Shown: one piece after another, positions 1 through 12,987 of the stretch | Layout: every line of letters starts with the position of its first letter | Position numbering within the stretch: the stretch's first letter is position 1 | Assembly: GCF_964355755.1 (NCBI RefSeq) | Contig: NC_092675.1 | Coordinates: forward strand, 27,624,912-27,688,911 | DNA length: 64,000 nt | Direction of reading: 5' to 3' | Source of the DNA: Antedon mediterranea | Lineage: Eukaryota > Animalia > Echinodermata | The notes under the pieces: model-generated | Told to the model about the DNA's origin: nothing | Databases searched by the model: none | The model's input: only the letters and a program-made list of their open reading frames with translations | Position numbers and translations under genes: made by a program

Positions 1-751
1 TATTACAAACAACAGATGCAAACAAAAGTCTAGGTAAGATTCAACTGATAATGAATGCCAGGTAACCCAGTAATAATTCAAGTACGGTACGGTACGTACG
101 TGAGTACTAAGGAATATTAAACATATCTACCACATGACAAGGTTAATACTAATTACTACATGTCAAATATTCCAAAATAGTCTCTCAGAACAAAGCCATG
201 TAAAAATCCCACCCTATAGAAAATGGGTCAAATTTCAAAAACTGAAAATGGAACTTGGTTTATTCCCTATATAAAACTGCACGTACTGTACAGTATGCGA
301 TTAAACATTGTTCATGTTTAGATCTACTGTAGAGAAATTGTCATAGTTACAAACAAACATAGGAGTTGAAAAAGAACAGAGAATTCATTGTATATAACAA
401 TAGTTACATTCTGTAGCTACTCCCTTGAAATTAAGTTGAATAAATATTAAGGTGGTTAAAACTGGTTATTTACTATTTCCAGTTTTGCTACAGTACTTTA
501 CACAGTAACAGTAAAAAGATTATTTCATTTATAATACATGGTTATAGGCTTATTGTAAGAAAACCGGTGAAAAGATTAAATATTGCATCTAATAAATCCT
601 TGGCCCCACCTGATAAGCTCACTTTGGTACTACTACACTATGTTAGTTGTAAACTATTAAAGTCACACTAAAATAATATTTGCTGGTACACTGCAGTAGT
701 ATTGCTAAATATATTTCACATCTTGGCCATCATACAGTATGTCATAATTAA

Positions 752-1147
752 TTAGGTGATCATTTAGAATAAAATGATCACCTATTGTTATTGTATAAAA
801 TCTTTATTATTATTTTTCTTTTTATTGTTTCTGTACACTATTTTGTGTAACAATTATCTCAAAAAGTTTAATGTCAATGATTACCAAAATTTCAGAATAT
901 CTTTCAAATAATATAACTTAATCCTAATAAGCTTTCCAGCGTCATCACTCGTCCGTGATGTCATTTATACGCGATTTTGCGAACAACTAAGCGCTATAAG
1001 TGTATATGCATCATGTCATAGGATGGCGTACATCAACTTTTTACGATGGTATGTTAACGTACGTGCATGTTTAAAAAATGTTAATTTCATTAAATTTATG
1101 AAAATGATCACCTATAATTCGTCAAAGTGACGAATTAAATTCTAGTT
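752..1147 (+). mobile_element. Non-autonomous Helentron / DINE-1-like (HINE) element
   Basis: 5' inverted repeat TAGGTGATCATTT..AAATGATCACCTA, then a TTA/TTT-rich tract, a 3' sub-TIR AAAATGATCACCTAT followed by hairpin AATTCGTCA-AAG-TGACGAATT, and a CTAGTT end. Confidence 0.7.
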
Positions 1148-4100
1148 ACAAATTATTGTTATCACTGTTGTATGTTCACTTGTAAGAAATCAAGTTTCCA
1201 TCAAGAAAGAGACTTTTTTCTTTCATTGCATTGTTGTGTCAATCAGTAACTTTGGTCTTAGCAAATGACAAAGTCTAAAGAAGCAAATTTAATGTGTTCT
1301 TGAAGTTGGTACAGTATATGGTACTAAAGAAACGAGGGTACAAGTAAATGACTGTTTTGTCTATCTAGAATAAACAAGAAATATTTCTTACAAAAAACGC
1401 TGCTCGACATTTAAAAATTAATCATTGTTCTTTCTTCATATTAAATGATTAATTATTAAAAAGATGTCCTCTAATCGCAAAAATACATACAAATCAAAGA
1501 TAACATATTATTAGATATGTGTAAAAAAAGATGTATGATGTCAGAACGAGGAAAATGAGTACTGTACACAATACAGATATCACGTTTTAATTTAAGTTTG
1601 TCGTAATCTGCAATGCTGATCTAAAAATAACCCATTACAATATGCGAGAATCTAAATAAAATATAGCGAGTTCACCTTATCACAATTGAAATGAGGTCAA
1701 CGACTACCTCTGACCGATCGACCAATAAGACAATAGAACGCCAACACAAAAGCGTTAACACAATCCCCTACATAATAATGGACAATTCCAGAGAAAGGAC
1801 TTCCCTTTTGAATATTAATAAGGGATTCCCCTTACATACCAACATGGCGTAAATCCAACGACAACGTTACTATTCTAAAAAGACGCTAAACTTTGGCTGT
1901 GTGATTTGGGAAGTTTTTAAAATAATATTTCATATAATAAACAATAACAATATAATGTTTTATTTTGTTCATTCACAGTTTTTAGCCTATTGTATATTTA
2001 TTTATTGCGTCACTTGTTTTGTTAAATTCTAGAATAAACAATTCTAGAAGATTAAAATATCAGAATTTGTTATGCAGTTTTTAACAATATAATATAATTC
2101 TATTTTAAAAAAAAATAAATTATTTGATTTTTGTTTGGCAGGTTAATTTTTTTAAACTACAACACTACATTCTTACCATTACAATAAAGAAAAAAAAATT
2201 GAACTGAAAAATATTAATACATAATATAAATTACTTTTAATTTTAAATTATACATTCACCTAAGATAGTTGTAAAGAAAAATCACATCTAAAATTACTAT
2301 GGCAAATTAAATACACATGTAATAAGTAAAAGTAATTTGTAAAAGTCACAGACCTATAGAAATTGTAGAAATATAATTGAATTAATTGGTTAATAACCTT
2401 TGATAAACATAGCAAGCTGCAAATTACTAATAAACGAGCCGTCAGCTATCTTCAATCCTGTACTGAAAATTCAGACGCACAGTACACACGAGGTTCGTTA
2501 AATCGCAGACTGGTACGTTCACGGAAATCAACAAGGAGGGGAAACAGTAGAAAAATGACTCATGCCAACATTTCGTTATTCTAACGAGATCTTCCTGGTG
2601 TTATAGCAGTCTACATGTTTTAACGCACGCTTTGTGTTGACAGGCCATCCCACTCGCCTTCAATATTGCCGAACATTCCCCGTTGATTTACTACATTTAA
2701 CTGAAAACCATAAGTTTTTTTTTTATTTTGTGGTTATCCACTTTAATCTTAAGTTAATGCATAGGTTATTAATATTAATAAACAAGTGGCACAAATTAAA
2801 AATAAGTTGGTACTCTAGATTTAACATTTTTAAATATGTATTTTTATTTGTATGGAGCTTTATTACAAATTTGAATTTTGCTGTGTTTCAAGCTTTCAAA
2901 TGCAAATTTGTTATATCAAAGCATCCATGGGTATTCTGTACAGCATTACAAAATTCATGGGGCATTCTTTCCCTGCTGCATATTAAGGTATGTTTTCAGC
3001 TCCATGAAAGACTACAATAAAGTGCATTGTTCCTTGGTGAACAACACACAAAAGCTATTCATCACATCACCAATGGAGGTCCGTTAAATATATTACAGCG
3101 TATTGTTGCCTATAGTTATTACAATAGGAGTTTGTGAATGTGAAAGGAAATTCATAAACATGCTATTGCTAGCCTAGAATAGAAAATTTCCATAGTTTCC
3201 TTATACAGGTATTGTGGTAGATAAACAGGTTAGACATCTGTACATACTAAAATCTAAACTATTATTAAGTAATTAGAAAATCAATAATTTACTTTTCTGG
3301 AATATTTTTGTTTTCAATAAAGGATCCTGCTACGCTGTCTGCACCAAGTTTTTACTGCCACAGATATAACAATGAATAATTTATGTTCCTTGCTAACTAG
3401 AACAGCAATAAAAATTAGGTCAAATAAAAAATCAATGTAAGGTCAAAAGTTGGATTCACTCCTACATCTAGCTTTTCAGTAGGAATCAAAAGTGTACTAT
3501 AATAAGTACAGTACAATGTATTTTGATTGAATGTACGATAAACACTCTATTGTATAAATAATTACAGGATTATTTGTAGTTTAAAAAAAACCTTAGGCAA
3601 TATTTCATAGTAAAGTAAATAATACATCAACCAAAATAACCACAATTCATAATCTGCTGACATTACTTTAAATAAACAAAGAACAATTTTTCACATTTTT
3701 TCTTTTACTATAATTTTATACATTGCTCCTCGTCCAAAAAAAGTAAAATCGGAGTCTATCCATTAAAAAAATTTGGTGCTAAGAACTGATATTATTTTTA
3801 AAGATATCTGATACAGATTTAAAAAAACAAACAAAATACTGATACCTAATTAGTTCAGAATGAGAAAACGTTAAGAAATTACCAAAATAAAAAATGAATA
3901 ATTCTTAATTAAAGATTTAAAAAAAAACTAAAATCATAAGTTCTAGCTAAAGCAATTCTCATTTTCTAACCAATTTTAAAAATAATTATTCTTTCTTATT
4001 TTTCAAAGGTCAAATTACAATGCGACCTTAAGAGAAGCTGGACAATTCTCACCTGCATGTAAGATTCCTAATTACACTTAAAAACACATTACTTCAAACA

Positions 4101-5512
4101 CCCTGTGTTTATATAGCTTTCTCAAATTGCCAGCCTGTACCAAGGCCTGTTGTTGCACTACTGTGGCCAGTTATTAGGTAGGTAGACCAGATCTGTACTG
4201 TTATATCTTATTTAAATTGGCTTCAAGCTGTGAACGCATCACATAAAAAGTCACTAAAGGTAAATTTACAGGATATTGAATCCATAAACTACATACAGGA
4301 AGAAGCATAATGTACTAGATACTGTACATTAAAGTACAATATACCAAGGTCACAAACAACATTTTACATTTAACTGTAAAAAACGTCAATCAAAGTTTTA
4401 GTTTACCTCTTAAAGAATACACAACTACAAATACTTTTTACACCAATTTCCTTGTCAGGTTTGTCCTTGTTGGCTTGCTACAATACAGAATTGTAAACAA
4501 AACGACCCTTTTTCTTACTAATACTAATAGTATACTAAATAACTTTAACTACATCACCTTGCATAATTGTATTTGTTGTAAAATAAAACAATACCTACTG
4601 TAAATACATATACAGAAGTATACTCTAGAAATTGTTAAGCGCCTTTTAATTATAAAATTCCAAAGACATCAACTGAGTTTCAAGTGAGAGGAAATTCTCT
4701 GAAAACCACAACAAAGCCCTCTGCTTTGGTTGGCCGCATTACAAACAATTTACTATTCATGATAATCAATAGAGTATGATCTAGAGTAGTGAATGCAATG
4801 GTACGGTGCATTTCATTTGATGAATATCTAACAGACTGTAATAAAAAAACAAGGGAGTGGTCTCACACGGTATTTTAATCATTTTTAGGTGGTAGAAAAT
4901 AGGAAAACAAGATGATTACAATCATGATTTCAAAAAAACCAAAATTATAAATTGACGTGCAGTTACAGTAGTTGGACAACAGGTTGACCTAATTTCGATA
5001 GTTCTACCTACCATTAAATTGAAGTGCATTGTGAGTTATTATTATTATATAAGTGCAGTCAGCTTAGACTCGCTTAGATTTACTGTTACTCTATGTTTAT
5101 CAGTAGTCCAACACAACGAAACAATCTACTGTACCAATGGTACTACCTTATTTGTTTTACAAAATAGATTTCTGAATTATCAATAAAATACTAACTTTTA
5201 ATTGTATTACGATAGAAATTATCTATTATCTACTAACTGCAGAAAATAAAATTCTGGGTTTACTATTTGCTGTTACTATAGTATCACACAATTAGAATTG
5301 GCTTTGAATCAAATTCACATGTGAATGAACACTTTTGTTTACATTCTGTAGATAACAATTCTAGAAAAACCCTGGATAATATTGATCAAAATACTATAGT
5401 AAACAATGATAAGGCTCAATGAATTGTAAAAGAGACTGCATATACAACCCTGCTATCCATTTATTTTGCAAGATTTTTGCAGCTATAAAAGAGGAGTGAC
5501 AGTTTCGGTTAA

Positions 5513-5999
5513 AGATGTATTGTCCCTTGAAACACAAAAAATGAAGGTCAAAATATTCTAAAGTCGAAAATTTGAGGCAAAAAACAACCAGTTTACGTAA
5601 TTAACAGGTAATTTAATTTGATTACATTTCATCTGGAAAATCGTCGTGAAAAAAAGTAAACAAATATTTAAAACCACGAGTATGCATTATGCATGATGTT
5701 AATTAGGATTGTTTACAACCCGTCATGGTTGAGAAGGTGTTTTCACACAGATTGCGAGGATGCATACAGAGTAGCCAAACAAGCGCGTTGCATTATGAGA
5801 TATGTTTTGATCGAAAACTTTGACTGGAAGTCAAAGTTATTTTTTGAACAAAAAACGTCTGTATTTCAGTTAAATGATTTTTTTTACAACAAATTTTTGG
5901 TGAAAGTTAATAATTTTTATGATACTTCAAAATGACTAACTTTTTTCGAAATATTTTTAAAATAATTTTTTTGGAATTAGTCACAGGGACAATACATCT
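5513..5999. mobile_element. Non-autonomous DNA transposon with TTAA TSD (Kolobok-like)
   Basis: TTAA|AGATGTATTGTCCC ... GGGACAATACATCT|TTAA; RR..YY termini plus TTAA duplication; no ORF. Confidence 0.75.
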
Positions 6000-6320
6000 T
6001 TAAGCTTAGTTCACACTATGCAAGGACTTGTCTCTTGATGCAAAGGCATACTCCCAATGCAACATGAACATGATCCTCTGCATTAGTATTATTATTAGTA
6101 TCAGCGCTGTGTATACAGAGTACAGTAGAAGGAACCTGCCTTTGAAGAATAAACTCATTGCAAATATACATAATATGATTGATCTACAAATTATTCCCAC
6201 AGTACAAACATGAAAACAGAAATTAATAATCTCATAAAATCAAATTAAGGTGCATGGCTTGCGAATGAATTACACATTTAAATCCTACTGCAATACCTAC
6301 ACAAGTAAAAACAATGCATG

Positions 6321-6432
6321 CAAGTTTGACAGAAAATGTGTAATGTGTCCAAATATGGTAGTGATATGCTTAAACATGGTAGTGACATCATCGTGTCCAT
6401 ATATGGGAACATTTGATAGTGTATACAGAGCA
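6321..6432 (+). mobile_element. MITE family A, degenerate partial copy
   Basis: Shares CCAAATATGGTAGTGATATG, ACATCATCGTGTCCATATATGGG and TTTGATAGTGTA.ACAGAGC with full copies. Confidence 0.6.
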
Positions 6433-6677
6433 GTATACAGAGCATTATAAGAGATGAAAAAGCAAACTGGCGCTGCAGAACAAGAGTCTTTCGCATGAAG
6501 CGAGTCATATCCTTGTAACTATTATAGTAAGGAAGTACAAACTAACACACTGGCAGAGGCAGGCGAACCTGTCAACTTGAGTTTGCGTATTGTTACATAA
6601 TACTATTGCATACCGCCTATATGTCAAGTTCAAACGTACAGTATAGTTGCGTGTCACATAATAACTCACTGATCTTA

Positions 6678-6824
6678 AGCTCTGTCTACACTATCAAAAT
6701 AATTTGACAAAAAAGTGTGATGTGCCTATGTATGGTAGTGATATGACATCATCATGTCCATATACAGTATGGGAACACATCACATCTTTGTTGTCACATA
6801 GAGTTTGATAGTGTTGACAGAGCT
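6678..6824 (+). mobile_element. MITE family A (PIF/Harbinger-type, TIR AGCTCTGTCTACACTATCAAA)
   Basis: TTA|AGCTCTGTCTACAC ... GTGTTGACAGAGCT|TTA; 3-bp TTA TSD. Confidence 0.8.
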
Positions 6825-7410
6825 TTAATAGTTAGGTAGTGTCACTTCATCCTTGCTTTTTACGAATGCTAGGTTTAGAATTCTGGTTCGTCACAATACA
6901 CAATTCAATTGGTTTTAAAAAAAATGGGCAACCATCTCTGAGCTGCTATGTATTGACATCCAGGTCAGTAGTAGTAGTTTTAAGCCCAAAATAATGAGGT
7001 ACTGTACACAAAAACAAAACATAATTGTATTGTTTTGATGGTCATACCAATCTACCATCACACAGTACTTATATTGTGACCATGTGCTCTTGAGACCTGG
7101 ATAAATTCCAATTTGTAATACAAATAGTACAGAGTTATGATAATGAACTCTCCACAGCAGACCTACATTTTTTGTTTTTTTTTTTCTATTTGGTGGTAGG
7201 AGTGAGCCAAGTCTAGCCAAGTAGGTAAAACCACACTTGGTGATTCCCAAAGCCTGCAAACTATTATTAATGGATCTGGACAACTGACAGGTTGCTTATT
7301 ATCAAGGTCTCATTTTTTCTGATAGCTTTCACATGTTAAAATAATATCCTACATTTTTTAGATGACCACTGAAAAAGTGCCACCTTTTACAACATCAGGG
7401 TAATGTTGAT

Positions 7411-7560
7411 AGCATTTTGTCTACACTATCAAACTAGTTTGACAACAAAAAAGTGTGATGTGCCCAAATATGGTAGTGGTATGCTGAAATATGGTAGTGA
7501 TATGACATTATCATGTCCATATATAGGCATGTCATATTTTGTTGTCACATAACGTTTGAT
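7411..7560 (+). mobile_element. MITE family A, copy with eroded ends
   Basis: TGTCTACACTATCAAACTAG...GCCCAAATATGGTAGTG repeats...GTTTGAT. Confidence 0.7.
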
Positions 7561-8272
7561 ATGATCCTAAGTCATGCAAAAATGAAATACTATAAAAACA
7601 TCCTTATACTGTAGTACAGTATGTAATAATGATTACATCCACTACTAATACTAGGAAACTGTTAAAACACCCATAAAATATACAGTCAGTGGGTACCAGA
7701 AGAAAGTACTTTTTTTATGGAACAATAATTTGTATCTGAAGGCTGTCTTCACAGCTCATTCATCAATGATTTACATTCTGGTCTGATGTCATGTACTCCT
7801 TGAAATAGGTTTATCCCCAACCCTGAACTCCCAAGCAGGTGAATTCTATTTCTTGGTTTTTCTCCCTCGAGTATTACAACTTTTCATGTTTTTAAGTGAT
7901 GCAATCCCCTCAATTGCAAAGTACAAACATAAGATGGAGTTTAAAGCTTCCTTAATGACCAAGAAACAGATGAGTTCCATTAAACTATGTGGAATGTATA
8001 GAACAGCTCAGCTAAGACACGAAATTCACATTACTTAATTTAATGCTAAGATGTATATAGACATGTATCACTGATTGGTATAAAAATCATACAAGGTCTA
8101 GTGTGTTAGTACAGTGCAGTATACAGTGTACCACCAGGGGATACTTAACATCTGGTGATTCATTCTTTGTTTTATTTACTAATATAATTATGTCAATAGT
8201 GTAAAATTATAATTCTAACATGTTATATATAACCTACAGAAAATAAATTAGATGTTATTATCATTATACTTA

Positions 8273-8419
8273 GGGTCTGTGTAACACTATCAAACTAGTT
8301 AACAATAACAACATTGACATGCCCAAATATGGTAGTGATATGTCATCATCATGTCCATGGGCACATTACTTTTTGTTGTCACTGTAAAGTTTGATGATAC
8401 TGATAGTGTAGATAGAGCT
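8273..8419 (+). mobile_element. MITE family A, diverged copy
   Basis: TTA|GGGTCTGTGTAACACTATCAAAC ... GATAGTGTAGATAGAGCT|TTA. Confidence 0.7.
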
Positions 8420-8868
8420 TTACAATACAGTACACCATAATTACAATGTACTGTACTCTATTGAATGAATATGTCATGAGTAGGAAACCCATGGTATTAA
8501 AATATTGTAAATAAACGATACATTGTGGATATTAAATCTTGATGGTTCTATAATGTAGTGACCAGGATAATGCCATTTTGTGCATTCCACAGGATTGGAC
8601 ATTGTTGTCCGTTGTTAGTGATCCAATAATCCATGTTAATTCTATAAAAAAACATGTCTTAACAAATACCACTACAAAATACAATGTAGTATACTAGTAT
8701 TCCAAAAATGAATGCATGTCACTTGTATGTACTGTAACTTGGTAAGCATACTCCAAAGAAAGGCCAATACAGCTCTTCAGAAAGAGGAGCGCTTTAATTA
8801 AGTCGGTTGAAGAGTTCTCCATAAAAAGATAACAATACACAGCTATGTCTAAATGTACATTAGACACT

Positions 8869-9727
8869 GAGGGTCTGTTTCTGCTGAAAAAAATCAAAAT
8901 AATCGATTTTTTCCAGTCACCGCAAACCATAAAAATAATCGCGTTGCAATTGAAAATTGCTACGACTTTAATCGGTTATTCAGGTAATCGGTTTTTAAAA
9001 TCACGTCATCATTCCCCCACAGCGCAGTTTAAGTTATGAAAGGCCGATGAGAGTTGGTTTGTTTACATCCTATCGCTGCCTAAAACTCTCACATGTAGGA
9101 TTAAAAATTACTCTAGTCTTACGTAAAGCTATATTATTTGTAAAATAAACATCTAGGCCTACTACCGTACCACATACAACAGAATAATGATGTTATATTA
9201 ATAAGGACACGTCGGCGAGAAAAGTTCATTTCGCCGTTCGTTGGTTCTACCTTCGGCCTGCTAGGCCTATAGGCTATATATTTATACCGAAACAAGTCAA
9301 CAGGAAAACAGGCCTAAAAAAGGACATGTAAAACATTGTTAGCCTGGACTTGTGGGATGTAACGGTGTACTTGTAACACAGAATCCTGGAGTCTCTCGGT
9401 ATAATTCTCCCCCACAAAATAATAAAAATCAAATGTTTAACATTTGATTGTTATTCGGTCAACATCGCGATCGTTGTTTTGCTGATCGTCGTCGATATCG
9501 CGCAAATGACGTGCTTTGTGACGTGAATGAGTTTGCCATACTCAAAGTGGGTTCAATAATCGCTATTTGTGTTGCAGCTCAAAACTGCTCCGCAATAATC
9601 GGTTAAAACAAGAAATAATTGATTAAAACACGCAATGGATTGAGTGTTTTTAATCGGTTATTTTATTTTGCGCCGTTTCTGCTGCGGTTAATAATCGATT
9701 ATTTCTGCTCAGCAGAAACAGGCCCTG
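8869..9727. mobile_element. Non-autonomous TIR DNA transposon (~860 bp, hAT-like CAGGG termini)
   Basis: TIR GAGGGTCTGTTTCTGCTGA vs revcomp of TCAGCAGAAACAGGCCCTG (17/19), subterminal TAATCG repeats at both ends, CpG-rich interior; no TSD recognisable. Confidence 0.65.
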
Positions 9728-12234
9728 AGAGAGAGTAGTACTGTAGTAGTATTCTTTTATACATTTTAAAATGTTTTTATATCAATATTAAGAATAAGTT
9801 ATAATATGTCACTGTCAGTTATGGTGGTAGTATCTGTATACAATCAGCCACTAAATGTCAAAACAGGAATGAAATAGTTCATTTTCAGTACTCCACTAAT
9901 TATTATACATATTCTTTTGATGAACTAACACTACAGTATGCACATTAGATACAGTACTTTAGGCAAGTCTGCGTTAATGATTACACGAATACTGTAAAAA
10001 TATGGATTCTTTTACCATAAATACGTAATTAATTTGAGTGACTCACCGACGAGACATAATGTATTTTTTATCCTAAAATAGATAGCAATCCCTGTACACC
10101 ATAGAAAGAAGAGCAATACCACATGTACATTGGTGAAGACTGAATTCAAAAAATTCTGACAAAATGTTAGGTCAAAGTACAGGTCAAATGTCATATTTAA
10201 TAGGTGAACAAATACAGGTGTAATATAATAAGTACAGTAGTCTGGCTCTCTTGGTTGTTTGTACTTTACTGAATACCAAAAGGTCAACTTCTTGTGATAA
10301 CAACAAAGGAAGGTAATTTGTACTGTAGTCCTACTGAATACAAACTCAGAAACTATAAACAACTTTTCCAAAATAAAATTACAACAAAATAGTAAAACTC
10401 TCAAAAATCAAACCAAGAAATAACCATGTTATAAAGCCTCTAATAAATAACTTTAAATATAACTAGAAACTATACTATTAGTATTAGTAATATATTATAT
10501 TAGTTTAAAATTGAAATTACTGTTTTCTAATTTGTATACAGTTTATGATTTTAGGAACAAATTTAAATTATACTACTGTAAATTAATATAACTTTTTATA
10601 ATGTTAATAACCAAATTAAAAATGTTTAAGACAACTTTTATAACAACATATCTTTATAAATATAAAGTATAAATAACTAGATAAATGATTATAGTAATAA
10701 TTAATGCTTATTATTAAAATATTATTATTATACAATATCAAATAATTGTGTTTTTTTAAATATAAATTACTGGATAATCATAAAAATCATAATTGCTAAA
10801 TAGTACTTAAACAATATAATAAATTAACAAATTTCTATAAATAGTTAAAACAACATTGCACTGAATTGTACAGTTAATAATATCAGAGAGAAGAACAAAA
10901 CGTCTGAGTGATATAAATTATGCTAATGATGTTGCATACACAGCTTGTCTACTGTAAGTTAATGCTATGCAAGCGTACTCTACCTCACTAGCACTAGCAT
11001 CAACAGTGGAACGTGCCAAGCCTCAGCTTACAAAGATATAATCAACCATACTGCCTGTTATTGTTCATTCATAATAGTCAGTATAATATCAATATTCGTT
11101 TTCCTAATAAAGCTGCATAAAAAGGTCTAGAATCAATATAAATTCTACATAAATTATAGTACTTCGCATTCATAGATTTATTGTATTTCACTACAACCTA
11201 TACTTATAATACATTTAAGGAAAATAAAATCATCAACATTTCACTATAAAAAAACAAGCTTTTTCTGGGCCTACAGGAGACAATACTAATTTTAAATACA
11301 CTAAACAAATTATATTAATGTATACATAATACATTGTCATGCAAATAGTAATTGCATATTTAAACACAATTACCATTACTTGACCATAGTCAAACAGAAT
11401 AAAAAGAATTGATAAATATTTAGAAACCATACAGAATCTCGAAAAATCTTAAAATGCCAACTGAAAACAAATTCAGAGTAATAACGAGCTACGGTCGCTA
11501 CATGTGAAGGTCGACTATACACGCTACGATACGATATCAGTCTCGTTATTTTATTGGACGCAGCAAGGTCATTTTCATTCTTTATCTTTTGATACGACTA
11601 TGGGATTATTCCCTTGATCTTGAAGGATTAATTTTCCATCATGGGTTAAGTGAAGTAACTGGTAATTCCGGGAATGTGCACTATATCCACTAGGATTTGC
11701 ATCAACTTTAATATGAAACTGAAAGCCCAGCAAAAATTATTTTATGTACTACTGTATATTATACTGGTATGGTTTACAAAATTTGTTTCGTCACTCACAA
11801 TAATAGATATTCCAAAAATGAATACAAAGTATCATTTCAGTAAATGAACAAAAAATAACAATGTTTACTATTTTTTTTAAATGAGTCGTGGCATTGTAAG
11901 GTGCAAGCAATATACACGGACAAAACAGTCATTTTTTTCAAAATGCTACTATGATATAAAGTTATAAACAATAAAATATTATCACCTACCTAAAGTATTG
12001 TAACTATGGGAAAATATAATAACTGCTATTACACAATTTCATGTATATCCGGCTAAAAACTGCCTGGTTATGAAAGGCAACAGTGTTTAAGCCCAAAAGC
12101 AGGAAGACCGACCTACGACCTTTAAATCATCTTTAGTTTCCTGTAGTAGCCTAATTTCCTTCTTCCTTTGTTCTGATTAGGTAGAATGGTTATATTTCAG
12201 TCAGGTAGAATAGAATACAAAACAGTAACTGTAA

Positions 12235-12987
12235 ATGCAACCCCTACCTAGGTAGTGCTGATCACCTTATGGTGTTAGCCTTGATACATGCAACCCCTAC
12301 CTACCTAGGTAGTGCTGATCACCTTATGGTGTTAGCCTTGATACATGCAACCCCTACCTACCTAGGTAGTGCTGATCACCTTATGGTGTTAGCCTTGATA
12401 CATGCAACCCCTACCTAGGTAGCGCTGATCACCTTATGGTGTTAGCCTTGATACATGCAACCCCTACCTAGGTAGTGCTGATCACCTTATGGTGTTAGCC
12501 TTGATACATGCAACCCCTACCTAGGTAGTGCTGATCACCTTATGGTGTTAGCCTTGATACATGCAACCCCTACCTAGGTAGCGCTGATCACCTTATGGTG
12601 TTATTAGCCTTGATACATGCAACCCCTACCTAGGTAGCGCTGATCACCTTATGGTGTTAGCCTTGATACATGCAACCCCTACCTAGGTAGCGCTGATCAC
12701 CTTATGGTGTTAGCCTTGATACATGCAACCCCTACCTAGGTAGTGCTGATCACCTTATGGTGTTAGCCTTGATACATGCAACCCCTACCTAGGTAGTGCT
12801 GATCACCTTATGGTGTTAGCCTTGATACATGCAACCCCTACCTAGGTAGTGCTGATCACCTTATGGTGTTAGCCTTGATACATGCAACCCCTACCTAGGT
12901 AGTGCTGATCACCTTATGGTGTTAGCCTTGATACATGCAACCCCTACCTAGGTAGTGCTGATCACCTTATGGTGTTAGCCTTGATAC
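12235..12987. repeat. 53-bp minisatellite, 14 copies (ATGCAACCCCTACCTAGGTAG[T/C]GCTGATCACCTTATGGTGTTAGCCTTGATAC)
   Basis: 753 bp = 14x53 + two 4-bp and one 3-bp insertions; near-identical units with no spacers. Confidence 0.95.

Noticed and set aside
2851-3006. TATGGAGCT...AGCTCCATG as a longer member of the CATGGAG family
   Set aside because: No flanking 7-bp duplication and an imperfect left terminus; likely chance.
12235-12987. CRISPR-like array of palindromic repeats
   Set aside because: Units are contiguous and identical with no unique spacers; the context is eukaryotic with no cas genes.
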